Below, in pieces: positions 10,892-20,992 of a stretch of DNA of 64,000 bases. A program made the translations under genes and the position numbers. Origin of the DNA: an uncultured Eubacteriales bacterium (GTDB lineage Bacteria > Bacillota > Clostridia > Oscillospirales > Acutalibacteraceae); the NCBI GenBank assembly GCA_934457095.1, contig CAKSHJ010000009.1, forward strand, positions 2,621 to 66,620. The letters run 5' to 3'. The notes under the pieces are model-generated. The model searched no databases. It was not told where the DNA came from and was given only the letters and a program-made list of their open reading frames with translations. How positions within the stretch are numbered: position 1 is the first letter of the stretch; every line of letters begins with the position of its first letter.

Positions 10892-12001
10892 GTGGAACCG
10901 ACAAAAGTGTTAGCCGGATTTATTATGGACGGAAAAGCCGGCGGTGTGGACCGATATTTATTGAATTTTGCAAATCGGGTGTGCAGTGAAAATGTACAGG
11001 TGGATTTTTTGACCAACCGATTGGACTCCGGGCTGCAAAAAATGCTGGAGTCTTACAATTCCGGGCTGTATGAAGTGGCAAACTTGAAACAACCGCAATT
11101 GCAATACCGGCAAATTTGCTACTTAATCACAAAAAATCAATACGATGCTACGTATTTTAATATTTCTACCGCAATCAGTCGCATTGGTCCAAAAGCAGCC
11201 TATGACTGCAAGGTGCCCATTCGTGCAATACACAGTCATTCCACGGGGAATGATTGCAGCAGCGCTTTAAAGCGAAAAATGCTGGACTACTTGCACAACA
11301 AATATAAAAAACAGCTTTATAAAATGGGAAACCGTTTCTATGCCTGCTCTAAAACAGCGGGCTTATGGCTGTTTCCGCAGGAAATTGTAAATTCGGACCG
11401 CTTTCGGGTAATTCACAATGCGATTGACGCGCAAAAATTCTCGTATGACCCGCAGCAAAGAGAGCAGGTAAGAGCAGAGCTTGGCTTGCAGGGGTGCTTT
11501 GTGGTTGGCCACGTGGGCAACTTTTGCTACCCGAAAAACTACCCATTGCTGCTGGAAATTACAAAAGCGCTCGTTGTGCAAAACGATAAGGCGATTTTAC
11601 TCTCAGTGGGAACAGGGCCAGATTTTGAAAGCGTAAAAGAAGCCGCTTATAATATGGGTTTGGAAAAAAATATTCGTTTTTTAGGGCAAAGAGAAGATGT
11701 AAGCCGACTGATGCAAGCCATGGACGTATTTGTTTTGCCGTCTCATTTTGAGGGCTTGGCATTGGTGGCCATTGAGGCGCAAGCGGCGGGTTTGCCGTGC
11801 GTATTTTCGACCGGCATGACAGAGGAGGCCAAAATTACAGACGAGGTGACCTATCTTTCTGTGCAGGATCCGGCGCAGAAATGGGTTCAGGTAATTTTGG
11901 GGTACGAACAGCATTGCCGTCAAAATACCTACCCGCAAATGGTTGCGGCAGGGTATGATTTGGCGGGTGAAAAAGAGGCGTATTTGTCGATTGTGACTTG
12001 A
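10892..12001 (+). CDS. GT4 (GT-B fold) glycosyltransferase
   Basis: C-terminal EX7E-type region PSHFEGLALVAIEAQAAGLPCVFS. GTG start as tracked; an ATG 11 codons downstream is an alternative. Confidence 0.8.
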   Translation: MEPTKVLAGFIMDGKAGGVDRYLLNFANRVCSENVQVDFLTNRLDSGLQKMLESYNSGLYEVANLKQPQLQYRQICYLITKNQYDATYFNISTAISRIGPKAAYDCKVPIRAIHSHSTGNDCSSALKRKMLDYLHNKYKKQLYKMGNRFYACSKTAGLWLFPQEIVNSDRFRVIHNAIDAQKFSYDPQQREQVRAELGLQGCFVVGHVGNFCYPKNYPLLLEITKALVVQNDKAILLSVGTGPDFESVKEAAYNMGLEKNIRFLGQREDVSRLMQAMDVFVLPSHFEGLALVAIEAQAAGLPCVFSTGMTEEAKITDEVTYLSVQDPAQKWVQVILGYEQHCRQNTYPQMVAAGYDLAGEKEAYLSIVT

Positions 12002-12026
12002 AATTTGCGGGATTGGAGGGGGAAAC

Positions 12027-13010
12027 ATGCCGAAAATAAGCGTCATTATACCGATTTACAATGTGGAGGATTATTTGGCAAAGTGCATTGATTCCGTTTT
12101 GGCGCAGAGCTTTACCGATTATGAAATTGTGCTTGTGGATGACGGCTCGACCGACGGCAGCGGAGAAATTGCCGCCGCATATGCCGCAAAGCATGCGTGT
12201 ATTCGGCTGCTGACGCAGGAAAACGGAGGTTTGGGCGCAGCCAGAAACACTGGAATAAAGGTTGCTACGGGGGAGTATTTGCTGTTTGTGGACAGCGATG
12301 ATGCCATAGAACCCAATACTTTACAAGTTTTAATGGACACAGTAGCCCAAACGAGAGCCGATTTGGTTATTTTTGATTTTTTATTGGTAGATGAGCAAGG
12401 CAATCTCGTTAAGGCGGAGCCGGGGTGTCAAAGTGTACCGTCCGACGTTTCTGTAAAGCAGAATCCGGAACTTCTTTTAAATGCTCCGGCGGCTTGGAAT
12501 AAACTTTACAAAAAAAGCTTGTTTATAGAAAGTGGCATATACTTTCCAGGCAGGGTATTTTATGAAGATTTTAGAACTGTACCTAAAATTCTATTGCAGG
12601 CCAATTGCGTGCAATATGTAGCGCAACCGCTTTACCGCTATGTGCAGCGATCGGGCTCTATTATGCACACCAAGCAAGTTGAGCGCAACCGAGATATCAT
12701 CGCCGCATTTGACGATTTGCTAGCCTATTTTAAACGGCATGGCCTATTTGAAACTTACCGCAACGAGCTGGAATTTTTAGCGGTTTTTCATGTATTGGTT
12801 TCGGCTTCGGTGCGAGTGCTTAAGGCAGACCGAAAAAATAAGCTGTTGCCGCAATTTTTGAGCTATGTACAGCAGAATTTTCCGCATTTTTTGCAAAACC
12901 CGTATCTTGAAACGCGTTTGAGAAAAAACGAGAAAATCATTTTAAAATTGCTCAGTGCTAAACATTATTTTGCGTTGGATATGCTGTTAAAATTAAAAAA
13001 CAGTTTTTAA
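12027..13010 (+). CDS. family 2 glycosyltransferase
   Basis: ISVIIPIYNVEDYL...VDDGSTDGSG...VDSDD. Confidence 0.85.
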   Translation: MPKISVIIPIYNVEDYLAKCIDSVLAQSFTDYEIVLVDDGSTDGSGEIAAAYAAKHACIRLLTQENGGLGAARNTGIKVATGEYLLFVDSDDAIEPNTLQVLMDTVAQTRADLVIFDFLLVDEQGNLVKAEPGCQSVPSDVSVKQNPELLLNAPAAWNKLYKKSLFIESGIYFPGRVFYEDFRTVPKILLQANCVQYVAQPLYRYVQRSGSIMHTKQVERNRDIIAAFDDLLAYFKRHGLFETYRNELEFLAVFHVLVSASVRVLKADRKNKLLPQFLSYVQQNFPHFLQNPYLETRLRKNEKIILKLLSAKHYFALDMLLKLKNSF

Positions 13011-13088
13011 TTATGCATAGAGAAATTTTAGATTTTTCATTTACAGCAGTGGATTTTGTGATATAATGGTAAAAAAGGAGGAATTATT

Positions 13089-13688
13089 ATGGGGTTTTCT
13101 TTTGGAAAGCTGTTTGGACACGGTAAAGAGGCCGCTGCGGCTACGCCAGAACAATGCTTTATCAATCTGTATGAAAAAGTGAAAAAGGGAGACTTGGAAA
13201 CCATGGTAACCGTGGCGGGTTTTTCTGCCATTACACCGGAAATGCTCAAGAAAACAAATGGTATTGTAAAGGGTCATATTCAAAAATATTTGGTTAAAAT
13301 TTTAGAAAAAACGCAATTGCAGGCGCAAATACTTGCCGATAACGGAGAAACTGTCACCTTACAGGTAATGGGTGACGCTGCGGATTTGGCAGCTTTAATT
13401 ACCCAATACAGACAGAGGCTGGACGAAATGGAATCGGAGTTAGGCTTGCGCACCAAGCAACAAATGGATATGCGTAAGGTGGGAATGCTTGCCGGTGCGT
13501 TAGACGAGTGTATTGCGCAGGTGGGTACAGTACCCGTTACCGAGGAGCTTGTGGTAGAGAACCAAAGCGGCGCATGGGTAATAGGCGATGAAACTGCATT
13601 GTCAAAAGCGTTTTTGGGTATACATACGCAGGATTTGGAACAGAAATTCAGTGAGGTTTTTGGAGATTTGGCTCAGGCGGTGACTTGA
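13089..13688 (+). CDS. hypothetical protein (no signal peptide), paralog-like to the next gene
   Basis: 199-aa ORF with RBS AAGGAGG upstream and promoter TTTACA-N17-TGa-TATAAT at about 13040-13068. No family recognised. Confidence 0.6.
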   Translation: MGFSFGKLFGHGKEAAAATPEQCFINLYEKVKKGDLETMVTVAGFSAITPEMLKKTNGIVKGHIQKYLVKILEKTQLQAQILADNGETVTLQVMGDAADLAALITQYRQRLDEMESELGLRTKQQMDMRKVGMLAGALDECIAQVGTVPVTEELVVENQSGAWVIGDETALSKAFLGIHTQDLEQKFSEVFGDLAQAVT

Positions 13689-13822
13689 ATTTTTGCGTAA
13701 TTTTGATTAGTGGGTTTGTAGCCCGAAAGGCAAAATGTCTGAAAATGGTATAAGCTAATTTAAACTTGCTATATATCATATGGAACTGAAGATATAGAGA
13801 AAACGAGAGAGAGGTTTTTTTG

Positions 13823-14500
13823 ATGAAAAATTCCGTAAAAAAGATGGGCGCAATGTTGGTTGCACTGGTAATGGTGTGCGCATTATTTGCGGGGTGTGGT
13901 GCAAACACTGCACAACCGGATGCTTCTACGCCGGACGGTTCGATGATGTTACAGCTTAACACTTTGAAAACCGGAAAAATAAGCGATTTGTCGCTCTATG
14001 ATGCTCAGGCGATTGACGAGCAGCTTGAGGGAAGCGGCATGACGCTGAGTCAAATCGAGAATCTGGTAAAGGGCATTTTTGGCAAAACTAACTATCAGAT
14101 TGAAAGTGTGGAGGAAATCAGCGATACCCGGGCAAATGTAACGATTTCCGGTCAAGCGGTAGATATGGCGAAATATATTCCGTTGGTGGGAACGGAGTTC
14201 ATTGCACAAGTAACTGAATTTTCTACGCAGAATGACACCGCTGACATGAGTCAGGAAGAAGCTACTAAAGAAATTATGGGGATTTTGCTCAGCGCAATTG
14301 AAGCAAAGCAGTCCTCTGTAACGCTTAAGGATGTAACCGCAACCATTGCCATGGAGAAAAAGGACGGTAAATGGGATGTTGTTCAAGACGAGGAAAATGT
14401 GAATGAAATGCTTACGCTGTTAATGGGTGGCTCCATGGAGGAAATTCAAGAGTCTGTACAAAATACCTTTGGCAATATGTTCGGCGGTCTTGCCGCATAA
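13823..14500 (+). CDS. lipoprotein of unknown function
   Basis: Signal peptide plus lipobox ALFAGC. ATG at 13823 (the tracked ORF starts at TTG 13820). Confidence 0.7.
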   Translation: MKNSVKKMGAMLVALVMVCALFAGCGANTAQPDASTPDGSMMLQLNTLKTGKISDLSLYDAQAIDEQLEGSGMTLSQIENLVKGIFGKTNYQIESVEEISDTRANVTISGQAVDMAKYIPLVGTEFIAQVTEFSTQNDTADMSQEEATKEIMGILLSAIEAKQSSVTLKDVTATIAMEKKDGKWDVVQDEENVNEMLTLLMGGSMEEIQESVQNTFGNMFGGLAA

Positions 14501-14507
14501 TACCGCA

Positions 14508-14545
14508 CAAAAAGCCCCTGCAATTTTGCAGAGGCTTTTTATATT
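14508..14545. terminator. bidirectional terminator between the lipoprotein gene and argS
   Basis: AAGCCCCTGCA / TGCAGAGGCTT stem with a 4-nt loop, flanked by an A-run and a T-run. Confidence 0.7.
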
Positions 14546-14564
14546 TTTACACAACAAATTTGTT

Positions 14565-16259
14565 TTACATGCTTTCCGGAGCGGAAATTTTAAACATATG
14601 CAGCACATTGCAAATCACCGTAGAGGTTGCCGTACAAAGCGTTAGTCTGGCGTTGGTAAGCTGCGAATTCTCACCCTTTACGCGACAGCAGTCGTAGAAT
14701 TTATGGAATAAATTTGCAAGGGTAATCACATACCGGGTAATGCGGGCAGGGTCATAATTCTTTGCGGCCTCCACAATTTCGGAGGTATAAGCCGAAAGAT
14801 GGAAAATCAACTCCAGTTCGGCAGGAGCATTCAGTAGCCGTAACTCATCATCGGTGCAGGGGTGAGGTGTAATCCCGTCGGCGGCAAGCGCCTTTAAAAT
14901 ACTGCAAATCCTGGCGCGTGCATACTGCACATAATAAACCGGGTTTTGAGAATCCTGTTTCACAGCTAAATCAAGGTCAAATTCCATTTGCGAATTGGCT
15001 TCTCTCATATTAAACAAAAAACGCGCCGAATCTACCGGAACTTCGTCAAGCAAATCTCCCAGCTGAATGGCTTTGCCGGTACGCTTGCTCATACGCACAA
15101 TTTCTCCATTTTGGGTCAAGCGTACCAATTGCATCAAAATTACATCCAATTTGCTGCTATCCAATCCAAGAGCTTCCATAGCGCCCTTCATTCTAGCAAC
15201 ATGACCGTGGTGGTCTGCTCCCCAAATGTCAATACAAAGGTCAAAGCCTCGCTTTACAAATTTATTGCGATGATAGGCAATGTCCGCTGCAAAGTACGTG
15301 GGGTTGCCGTTCTGACGAATCAGCACATCGTCTTTGTCCGCGCCGAAATCGGTGGCCTTATACCACAATGCGCCGTCTTTTATATAGGTATAGCCGCGCT
15401 TTTTCAGTTCATTCACCGTTTCCTGCAGCTCCCCATTTTGGTGCAGCGTACTCTCCAAAAACCATTGGTCGTAGATAATACCGTATTTTTTCAGGTCATT
15501 TTGCATTTTTTCAATATTATGCGGCAGAGCATACGCAATTAGCGCCTGCTGTCTTGCATGAGAATCTGCCTGCACAAATTTGTCGCCGTTGATTGCGGCA
15601 AATTCCGCGGCGCGGTCTTTAATGTCTCCGCCTTGATAACCGTCTTCCGGAAACGGTACGTTTTCCTCACCCAAATATAGTTGGAGATAGCGGGCTTCCA
15701 GAGAAATACCAAACTTTTCAATTTGATTTCCGGCATCGTTTACATAAAATTCACGCCAAACCTCATAGCCCGCAGCACTCAAAACCGAAGCCAAGCAATC
15801 TCCCAAAGCGCCGCCTCTGGCATTGCCCATGTGCATAGGTCCGGTCGGATTGGCCGAGACAAACTCCACCATGACTTTTTGACCTTGCCCAAAATTGCTG
15901 CGACCGTAATTTTCCCCTTTCGCTATAATTTCCTTTACCACCTCCACATAAAATTGCGGGGTTAAAAAGAAATTCAAAAAGCCGGGGCCGGCAATTTCGC
16001 ACCGTGCAAAATAAGAATCCTCTAATATAATGCGGTCGGCAATGGCCTGCGCAATTTTACGCGGCGGCATAGAGAACGCTTTGGCGGAAACCATAGCCAC
16101 ATTTGCTGCAAAATCTCCGTGAGTACGGTCGGCAGGCACTTCAATGGTAAAATGTGCTGCGGGTGCGTTTGGCAATTCGTTTTCAGAGATAGCGTTCTCA
16201 ATTGCGGCTGTAATGAGCGTTCTTAAATGTGAGATGGATTGTTCTACAAGCTTTGACAT
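14565..16259 (-). CDS. argS: arginine--tRNA ligase
   Basis: 564 aa. Class I motifs (SANPTGPMHMGNARG HIGH-like; MSKRTGK KMSKS-like) and an ArgRS N-terminal domain. Confidence 0.95.
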   Translation of the reverse strand: MSKLVEQSISHLRTLITAAIENAISENELPNAPAAHFTIEVPADRTHGDFAANVAMVSAKAFSMPPRKIAQAIADRIILEDSYFARCEIAGPGFLNFFLTPQFYVEVVKEIIAKGENYGRSNFGQGQKVMVEFVSANPTGPMHMGNARGGALGDCLASVLSAAGYEVWREFYVNDAGNQIEKFGISLEARYLQLYLGEENVPFPEDGYQGGDIKDRAAEFAAINGDKFVQADSHARQQALIAYALPHNIEKMQNDLKKYGIIYDQWFLESTLHQNGELQETVNELKKRGYTYIKDGALWYKATDFGADKDDVLIRQNGNPTYFAADIAYHRNKFVKRGFDLCIDIWGADHHGHVARMKGAMEALGLDSSKLDVILMQLVRLTQNGEIVRMSKRTGKAIQLGDLLDEVPVDSARFLFNMREANSQMEFDLDLAVKQDSQNPVYYVQYARARICSILKALAADGITPHPCTDDELRLLNAPAELELIFHLSAYTSEIVEAAKNYDPARITRYVITLANLFHKFYDCCRVKGENSQLTNARLTLCTATSTVICNVLHMFKISAPESM

Positions 16260-16265
16260 AGGTGC

Positions 16266-16691
16266 TTAAACCTCCTTTACGGTAATGCTGATTTCGTTTT
16301 CGCTTGCAAGAGTAGCGTCAAAGTCGAGCGTATAGCGGACCTGCAATGAGCCTCCACTGTCATTGAGATTGACTGTGACAGCATTGGTATAAACTCCCAG
16401 CGTGGCGCTGCCGAGCATAGTGCCGTACTGACACAAATGGCGTTTGCCTTGTTCTAAGATTAAATTGGTGCGTGAGGGAGTGTTGCGTATCAATGTAATG
16501 GCGTTTTGCGGAGTAATTTTCAGCGTGGAGGTTTGTTCGGGCTGACCGGTCTCCTGGTCATACTCCCGGTAGGTGATATAACGGTTGCCGTCTTTTTGTG
16601 CATAGGTACCCGTTGTAGTCAGTTCAATTGCTTCGGTTATTCCGTCCACAGTCTGCTTGTTGCAAATGTGAATCAAATGTTTTTCTTCCAT
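16266..16691 (-). CDS. DUF1934 (YwiB-like) beta-barrel protein
   Basis: 141 aa. Its position immediately upstream of argS is the conserved Firmicute synteny. Confidence 0.65.
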   Translation of the reverse strand: MEEKHLIHICNKQTVDGITEAIELTTTGTYAQKDGNRYITYREYDQETGQPEQTSTLKITPQNAITLIRNTPSRTNLILEQGKRHLCQYGTMLGSATLGVYTNAVTVNLNDSGGSLQVRYTLDFDATLASENEISITVKEV

Positions 16692-16705
16692 AGGTTTCTT
16701 CCTTT

Positions 16706-17551
16706 TTAGTTTGCGTATTCCTTTTGCGGGTAAGCTTCAATGTCTATGAATTGTACGGTTTGTGCTACATTTTGTTGTAAAAAGATATTGGCTTTTTCAG
16801 TAAAGTTTTTAGTGCTGTCGCTGACATAAAAGGTACAATGACCTTTTTCACAACGGTTGCTGAGTAGATTTTGCTGTTTGAGTAAATTGGCGGCATATGT
16901 GGCAGTTTCCTTGCCGCTATCCACCAAAAAAACGCTTTTGCCCATAAATTCCGCAATGGCGCGGTACAAAATCGGGTAATGGGTACAGCCTAAAATCAGC
17001 GTATCAATTTCGGCATTTAAAAGCGGTTGCAAATAATGCGAAATCACCGGTTGTACAATTTTGCTTTCGGGGTTGGTAAAGCCGTTTTCCACCAACGGTA
17101 CAAATAATGGGCAGTCTTGTGTAAATACCTGTATTTGCGGGTCAATTTGCAAAATCTCTTTTTGATAAGCGCCGCTTTGAATGGTGGCGGTGGTACCAAT
17201 GACACCGATGCGTTTATTTTGACTGGCAAGACAGGCAGCCATAGCAGTGGGTTTGAGCACGCCGGTAAACGGCAGAGACAGAGTTTCTCCGATATGCCCG
17301 GCAACCGAACTGACTGTGCCGCAGGCGGCAATAATCATTTTGACTTGCTTGGAGCGTAAAAACGCAATGTCCTGCTTTGCGTATTTGACAATGGTTTCTT
17401 TACTGCGGGTACCGTAGGGTACTCTGCCGGTATCTCCGAAATACACGATATTTTCCTGTGGCAGTATGGTCAGAATTTCTTTCACGGCGGTCAGTCCGCC
17501 CAAGCCCGAATCAAAAATGCCAATCGGTCGGTTATCCATGTTGCAATTCAT
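16706..17551 (-). CDS. murI: glutamate racemase
   Basis: IGIFDSGLGGLT, catalytic Cys motifs IAACGT and LGCTHYP. The start may be the ATG at 17539. Confidence 0.92.
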   Translation of the reverse strand: MNCNMDNRPIGIFDSGLGGLTAVKEILTILPQENIVYFGDTGRVPYGTRSKETIVKYAKQDIAFLRSKQVKMIIAACGTVSSVAGHIGETLSLPFTGVLKPTAMAACLASQNKRIGVIGTTATIQSGAYQKEILQIDPQIQVFTQDCPLFVPLVENGFTNPESKIVQPVISHYLQPLLNAEIDTLILGCTHYPILYRAIAEFMGKSVFLVDSGKETATYAANLLKQQNLLSNRCEKGHCTFYVSDSTKNFTEKANIFLQQNVAQTVQFIDIEAYPQKEYAN

Positions 17552-17577
17552 TCCTCACTGTTTCTCAAAAATGCGGC

Positions 17578-18645
17578 TTACTGTTCCAATGCAAATTGTA
17601 TAATACGGTGTAGCAGTCGGCTGTACGAAATACCCTGTGCCTCCCACAGCATAGGGTACATACTGATAGCAGTAAAACCCGGCAGAGTATTTATCTCGTT
17701 GAGCAGAACGGCGCTGTCGCTTTCTCTTACAAAAAAGTCAATGCGAGAAAGACCGCTGCATCCAAGGGTACGATAGGCCTTTACGGCATTTTCGCGCACA
17801 GTTTGAGCGGTTTGGTCATCAAGTGGCGCGGGAATATAAACCTTGGAGGTTCCGTTTTTATATTTGTCCTCATAATCGTAAAATTCTGCCGAGGGCGCAA
17901 TTTCTCCCACCACAGAGGTTTCGGGTGTATCATTGCCCATAACCGCACATTCTACTTCCTTGCCCACAATACATGTCTCTATTACAATTTTTTTGTCCTC
18001 TTTGGCGGCAAGCGCAACGGCACGGTCGAGCTCGTCGGCATTTTTTGCCTTGCTCACCCCTACTGAGGAACCGGCATTTGCAGGTTTTACAAATACGGGA
18101 TAGCCGTGCAATTTTTCGGTAATTTCCTCATAGATGCGTTCTTTTTGTGCGGGGTATTCATTTGCGTAAAACCAAAGAAATTCAGCTTTGGCAATCCCCG
18201 CTGCCGTAAGTAAAATATTGGTTACGGCTTTATCCATACAAACGGCCGAGGAAAGCGTATTACACCCCACAAACGGAATGCCGCTCAGGGCAAATAGCCC
18301 TTGAATGGTGCCGTCCTCGCCGTTTTTGCCGTGAAGGACGGGAAAAATCACATCTACGTAGAGGGTTTCAATGCCTTGTTCGGTTTGCACCGCTATGCCG
18401 TGAACGCTTTTGTCCGGGGAGAGAAATGCAGTTCGGTTATGCGGGTTTTGTACCCAGGTTCCATTTTTGATTTCATCGGTACTGCCGTCAAATAGCAGCC
18501 AGCGACCTTCCTTGGTGATGCCCAGCATAAAAATACGGTATTGTTCGGTTGGAATATTGGCAATGACGGAAGCGGCGGAAAGCAGAGAAATTTCGTGCTC
18601 AGAGGAAACGCCGCCGAAGATAACGGCAACCGTGGTTTTAGACAT
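17578..18645 (-). CDS. ddl: D-alanine--D-alanine ligase
   Basis: VAVIFGGVSSEHEISLLSA N-terminus and an ATP-grasp domain. Start set at ATG 18645 behind a GGGGG RBS; the tracked ORF extends to 18699. Confidence 0.92.
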   Translation of the reverse strand: MSKTTVAVIFGGVSSEHEISLLSAASVIANIPTEQYRIFMLGITKEGRWLLFDGSTDEIKNGTWVQNPHNRTAFLSPDKSVHGIAVQTEQGIETLYVDVIFPVLHGKNGEDGTIQGLFALSGIPFVGCNTLSSAVCMDKAVTNILLTAAGIAKAEFLWFYANEYPAQKERIYEEITEKLHGYPVFVKPANAGSSVGVSKAKNADELDRAVALAAKEDKKIVIETCIVGKEVECAVMGNDTPETSVVGEIAPSAEFYDYEDKYKNGTSKVYIPAPLDDQTAQTVRENAVKAYRTLGCSGLSRIDFFVRESDSAVLLNEINTLPGFTAISMYPMLWEAQGISYSRLLHRIIQFALEQ

Positions 18646-18887
18646 GATATACAACCCCCGTAAAGTTTGTTCAATTTGAAAAACCATTTTTTCTATCATA
18701 CCATAATACGGGCGGCGCTTGCAAGGGATTCTCTATTATGTAAATCGGGGAAGAAATTCTTTGCGCTCATATTGCATAATGCTGCAAACCGTAGTATAAT
18801 AAACAGCATATATTTCAAGTTTTGCAGATACCGATATTACGATAAACCGAACAAACGTTACAACGATGATGAGCAGGAGTGATTTTT

Positions 18888-19688
18888 TTGATACAAAAGG
18901 CGTTTGATTTGATTGTGGAGGCGACTGCGGCGGCTTTGCAGGAACAAGGTTTTACACAGGAGCAGGATTTTCAGGATGAGTTAGGTCCTGCGGCGCTGTT
19001 TGTAAAGGATGGAGCAGCGTACAGTGTTGTATTTAAGACCGAGGAGAAAATTTTTCAGCTACGCAGCACTAATATGACCGATGAAGGCCCAAATAGCAGC
19101 TGGAAATCGGTTGCCAACTGGATTTTTGACCCAGAGAATGATACGCTGAAAGAGGCTGAGGAGATTGCTGCGGATTTTGTGGAAACATTGCAGGGACCCA
19201 GCCGGATAGAAGCAGTGAAAAATGCGCAGCGGCAGGCCTTTAAGGATGAGAATAACAACCCAGGTCCGCTGTTTTTCTATAAAAGACTGGTCAATATTTT
19301 TCCGGAACTTAAGGAGCAAATTAACGAGGAACGCAATGCATATGTAGGATTTCGTTCGGTGATATTTGCTCGGGAGTTTGTGGTGCCCAAAATTGACAAC
19401 TTGGCGATAAAGAAAAAGGAATCGGCGGCGTTTAAAAAGCTATGCGAGTTGCTGGAGGACTTTTACAAGAACGGCGATTTGGATGTGCGTTCGATTATTA
19501 CGATGGTCATTTTAAATGAGGTAAGCGAGCAGGCGGTGCAGAATATCATGGCAAACGCAGGACCTATGCTGAAAAAGGGCTATCGGTACGGCGCAAAATG
19601 GAGGGGCAAAAGGGCAAAGCCTGAGCGCGAAAAGCTGAGAGACAGGCGTGGTTTGCGGGCAAGCTCCGAACCCCCGAAAAGACTGTAA
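18888..19688 (+). CDS. hypothetical protein with a basic C-terminal tail
   Basis: ~266-aa ORF. RBS AGGAG (18875-18879) sits 8 nt before in-frame TTG 18888; the track start is GTG 18879. No family recognised. Confidence 0.5.
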   Translation: MIQKAFDLIVEATAAALQEQGFTQEQDFQDELGPAALFVKDGAAYSVVFKTEEKIFQLRSTNMTDEGPNSSWKSVANWIFDPENDTLKEAEEIAADFVETLQGPSRIEAVKNAQRQAFKDENNNPGPLFFYKRLVNIFPELKEQINEERNAYVGFRSVIFAREFVVPKIDNLAIKKKESAAFKKLCELLEDFYKNGDLDVRSIITMVILNEVSEQAVQNIMANAGPMLKKGYRYGAKWRGKRAKPEREKLRDRRGLRASSEPPKRL

Positions 19689-19903
19689 TTTAGAAGTGGT
19701 TTTCGCAGCTTTTTTGCATGATAAAATAAAGAAATATGAAAAAATTGCGAAAATAGCTTGACCTTGGGGGTAGGTTTATGTTAACATATTACTACCTCGC
19801 ATTAAGGGGTTATTTTTTCGTGCCCTTTTTTTGAGGGAGGCCATGGGCGGTTCGCAAGTCGAATCAGCCTAAATTTTTTCCGTGCAACGGGAGGTGCCGT
19901 CAA

Positions 19904-20053
19904 ATGAGAGTTAAAATTACTTTAGCTTGTACAGAATGTAAACAAAGAAACTACAACACGATGAAAAACAAGAAAAACGACCCGGACAGACTTGAGATGA
20001 ACAAGTATTGCAGGTTCTGTAGAAAGCATACGCTTCACAGAGAGACAAAATAG
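19904..20053 (+). CDS. rpmG: 50S ribosomal protein L33
   Basis: Not in the ORF track (49 aa). Hand translation gives [60 protein letters not shown] lies upstream, and the rpmG-secE-nusG order is classic. Confidence 0.92.
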   Translation: MRVKITLACTECKQRNYNTMKNKKNDPDRLEMNKYCRFCRKHTLHRETK

Positions 20054-20071
20054 CTCGGAGGAACGAAAGTT

Positions 20072-20299
20072 ATGGATGAGACAAGGCCAAATTTTCTGGT
20101 CAGGGTTGGAAAAGGGATTGCAAAATTCTTTCGTGAAGGCAGGGCTGAGGTGAAAAAAATTACCTGGCCCAAGCCCAAAACCGTATTCAAGAACGCCGGC
20201 ATTGTTTTATTGATTATCGTCGTTCTCGGTGCGTTTATCTTCGGTCTTGATACATTATTGCTGTGGTTGCTGGGTCTTATCATGGAGGTTGCCCATTAG
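20072..20299 (+). CDS. secE: preprotein translocase subunit SecE
   Basis: 75 aa. Basic N-terminus (FFREGRAEVKKITWP) followed by a single TM segment. Synteny supports the call. Confidence 0.88.
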   Translation: MDETRPNFLVRVGKGIAKFFREGRAEVKKITWPKPKTVFKNAGIVLLIIVVLGAFIFGLDTLLLWLLGLIMEVAH

Positions 20300-20322
20300 A
20301 CGAACAGACGGAGGGAGATACA

Positions 20323-20844
20323 ATGCCTGAGGAAGCAAAATGGTATGTGGTTCATACTTATTCCGGGTATGAAAACAAGGTGGCTTCAAACTTAGAAAAA
20401 ACGGTGGAAAACCGGCATATTCAAGACTTGATTCAGGAAGTAAGAGTGCCGACGGAAATGGTAACCGAGATTAAGGACAACAAAAAACGCCAGGTAGAGC
20501 GCAAAATCTTTCCCGGATATGTGCTTGTAAAAATGGTGCTGACGGACGAATCTTGGTATGTGGTGCGCAATATTCGCGGCTGCACCGGGTTTGTCGGTCC
20601 TTCCTCAAAGCCGATTCCGCTTTCCGAGGAGGAAATTGCAAGACTCGGCGTTGAAAAAAGAGAAGTCGAGATTTCCTACGGCGTGGGTGATACCGTGAAT
20701 ATTATTGACGGTCCGCTGGACGGTTTTATCGGTACGGTGGAGGAGCTTGACACAGAAAAAAACCGCGTGCGGGTCATTGTTTCCATGTTCGGGAGAGAAA
20801 CACCCGTGGATTTGGAACTTCACCAGGCGCAGGCGGTGGAATGA
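20323..20844 (+). CDS. nusG: transcription termination/antitermination factor NusG
   Basis: KWYVVHTYSGYENKV NGN domain plus a C-terminal KOW domain (GDTVNIIDGPLDGFIG). ATG 20323 follows RBS GGAGGGAG. Confidence 0.93.
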   Translation: MPEEAKWYVVHTYSGYENKVASNLEKTVENRHIQDLIQEVRVPTEMVTEIKDNKKRQVERKIFPGYVLVKMVLTDESWYVVRNIRGCTGFVGPSSKPIPLSEEEIARLGVEKREVEISYGVGDTVNIIDGPLDGFIGTVEELDTEKNRVRVIVSMFGRETPVDLELHQAQAVE

Positions 20845-20992
20845 TTTAAGTTTGATAATCAGCGGGCAACCGCTCATTATGCAGGGGAATATACCCCGAA
20901 AGGGAACGCAAAAGCGTCCTTTTTAAGTGGGAGGAATCGGTAAATTTTGAAAGCCGTTCCGCCATTTACCACAAATTTGGAGGTGCAAGAAA

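Noticed and set aside
18646-18699. N-terminal extensions of tracked ORFs (ddl, nusG, rplJ, glnA, murD, the M42 paralog, ynbB-like, dac, MPE, tetR, glf)
   Set aside because: In each case an internal start codon with a proper SD matches the conserved N-terminus of the family. The upstream extension overlaps a neighbouring gene, promoter or leader.
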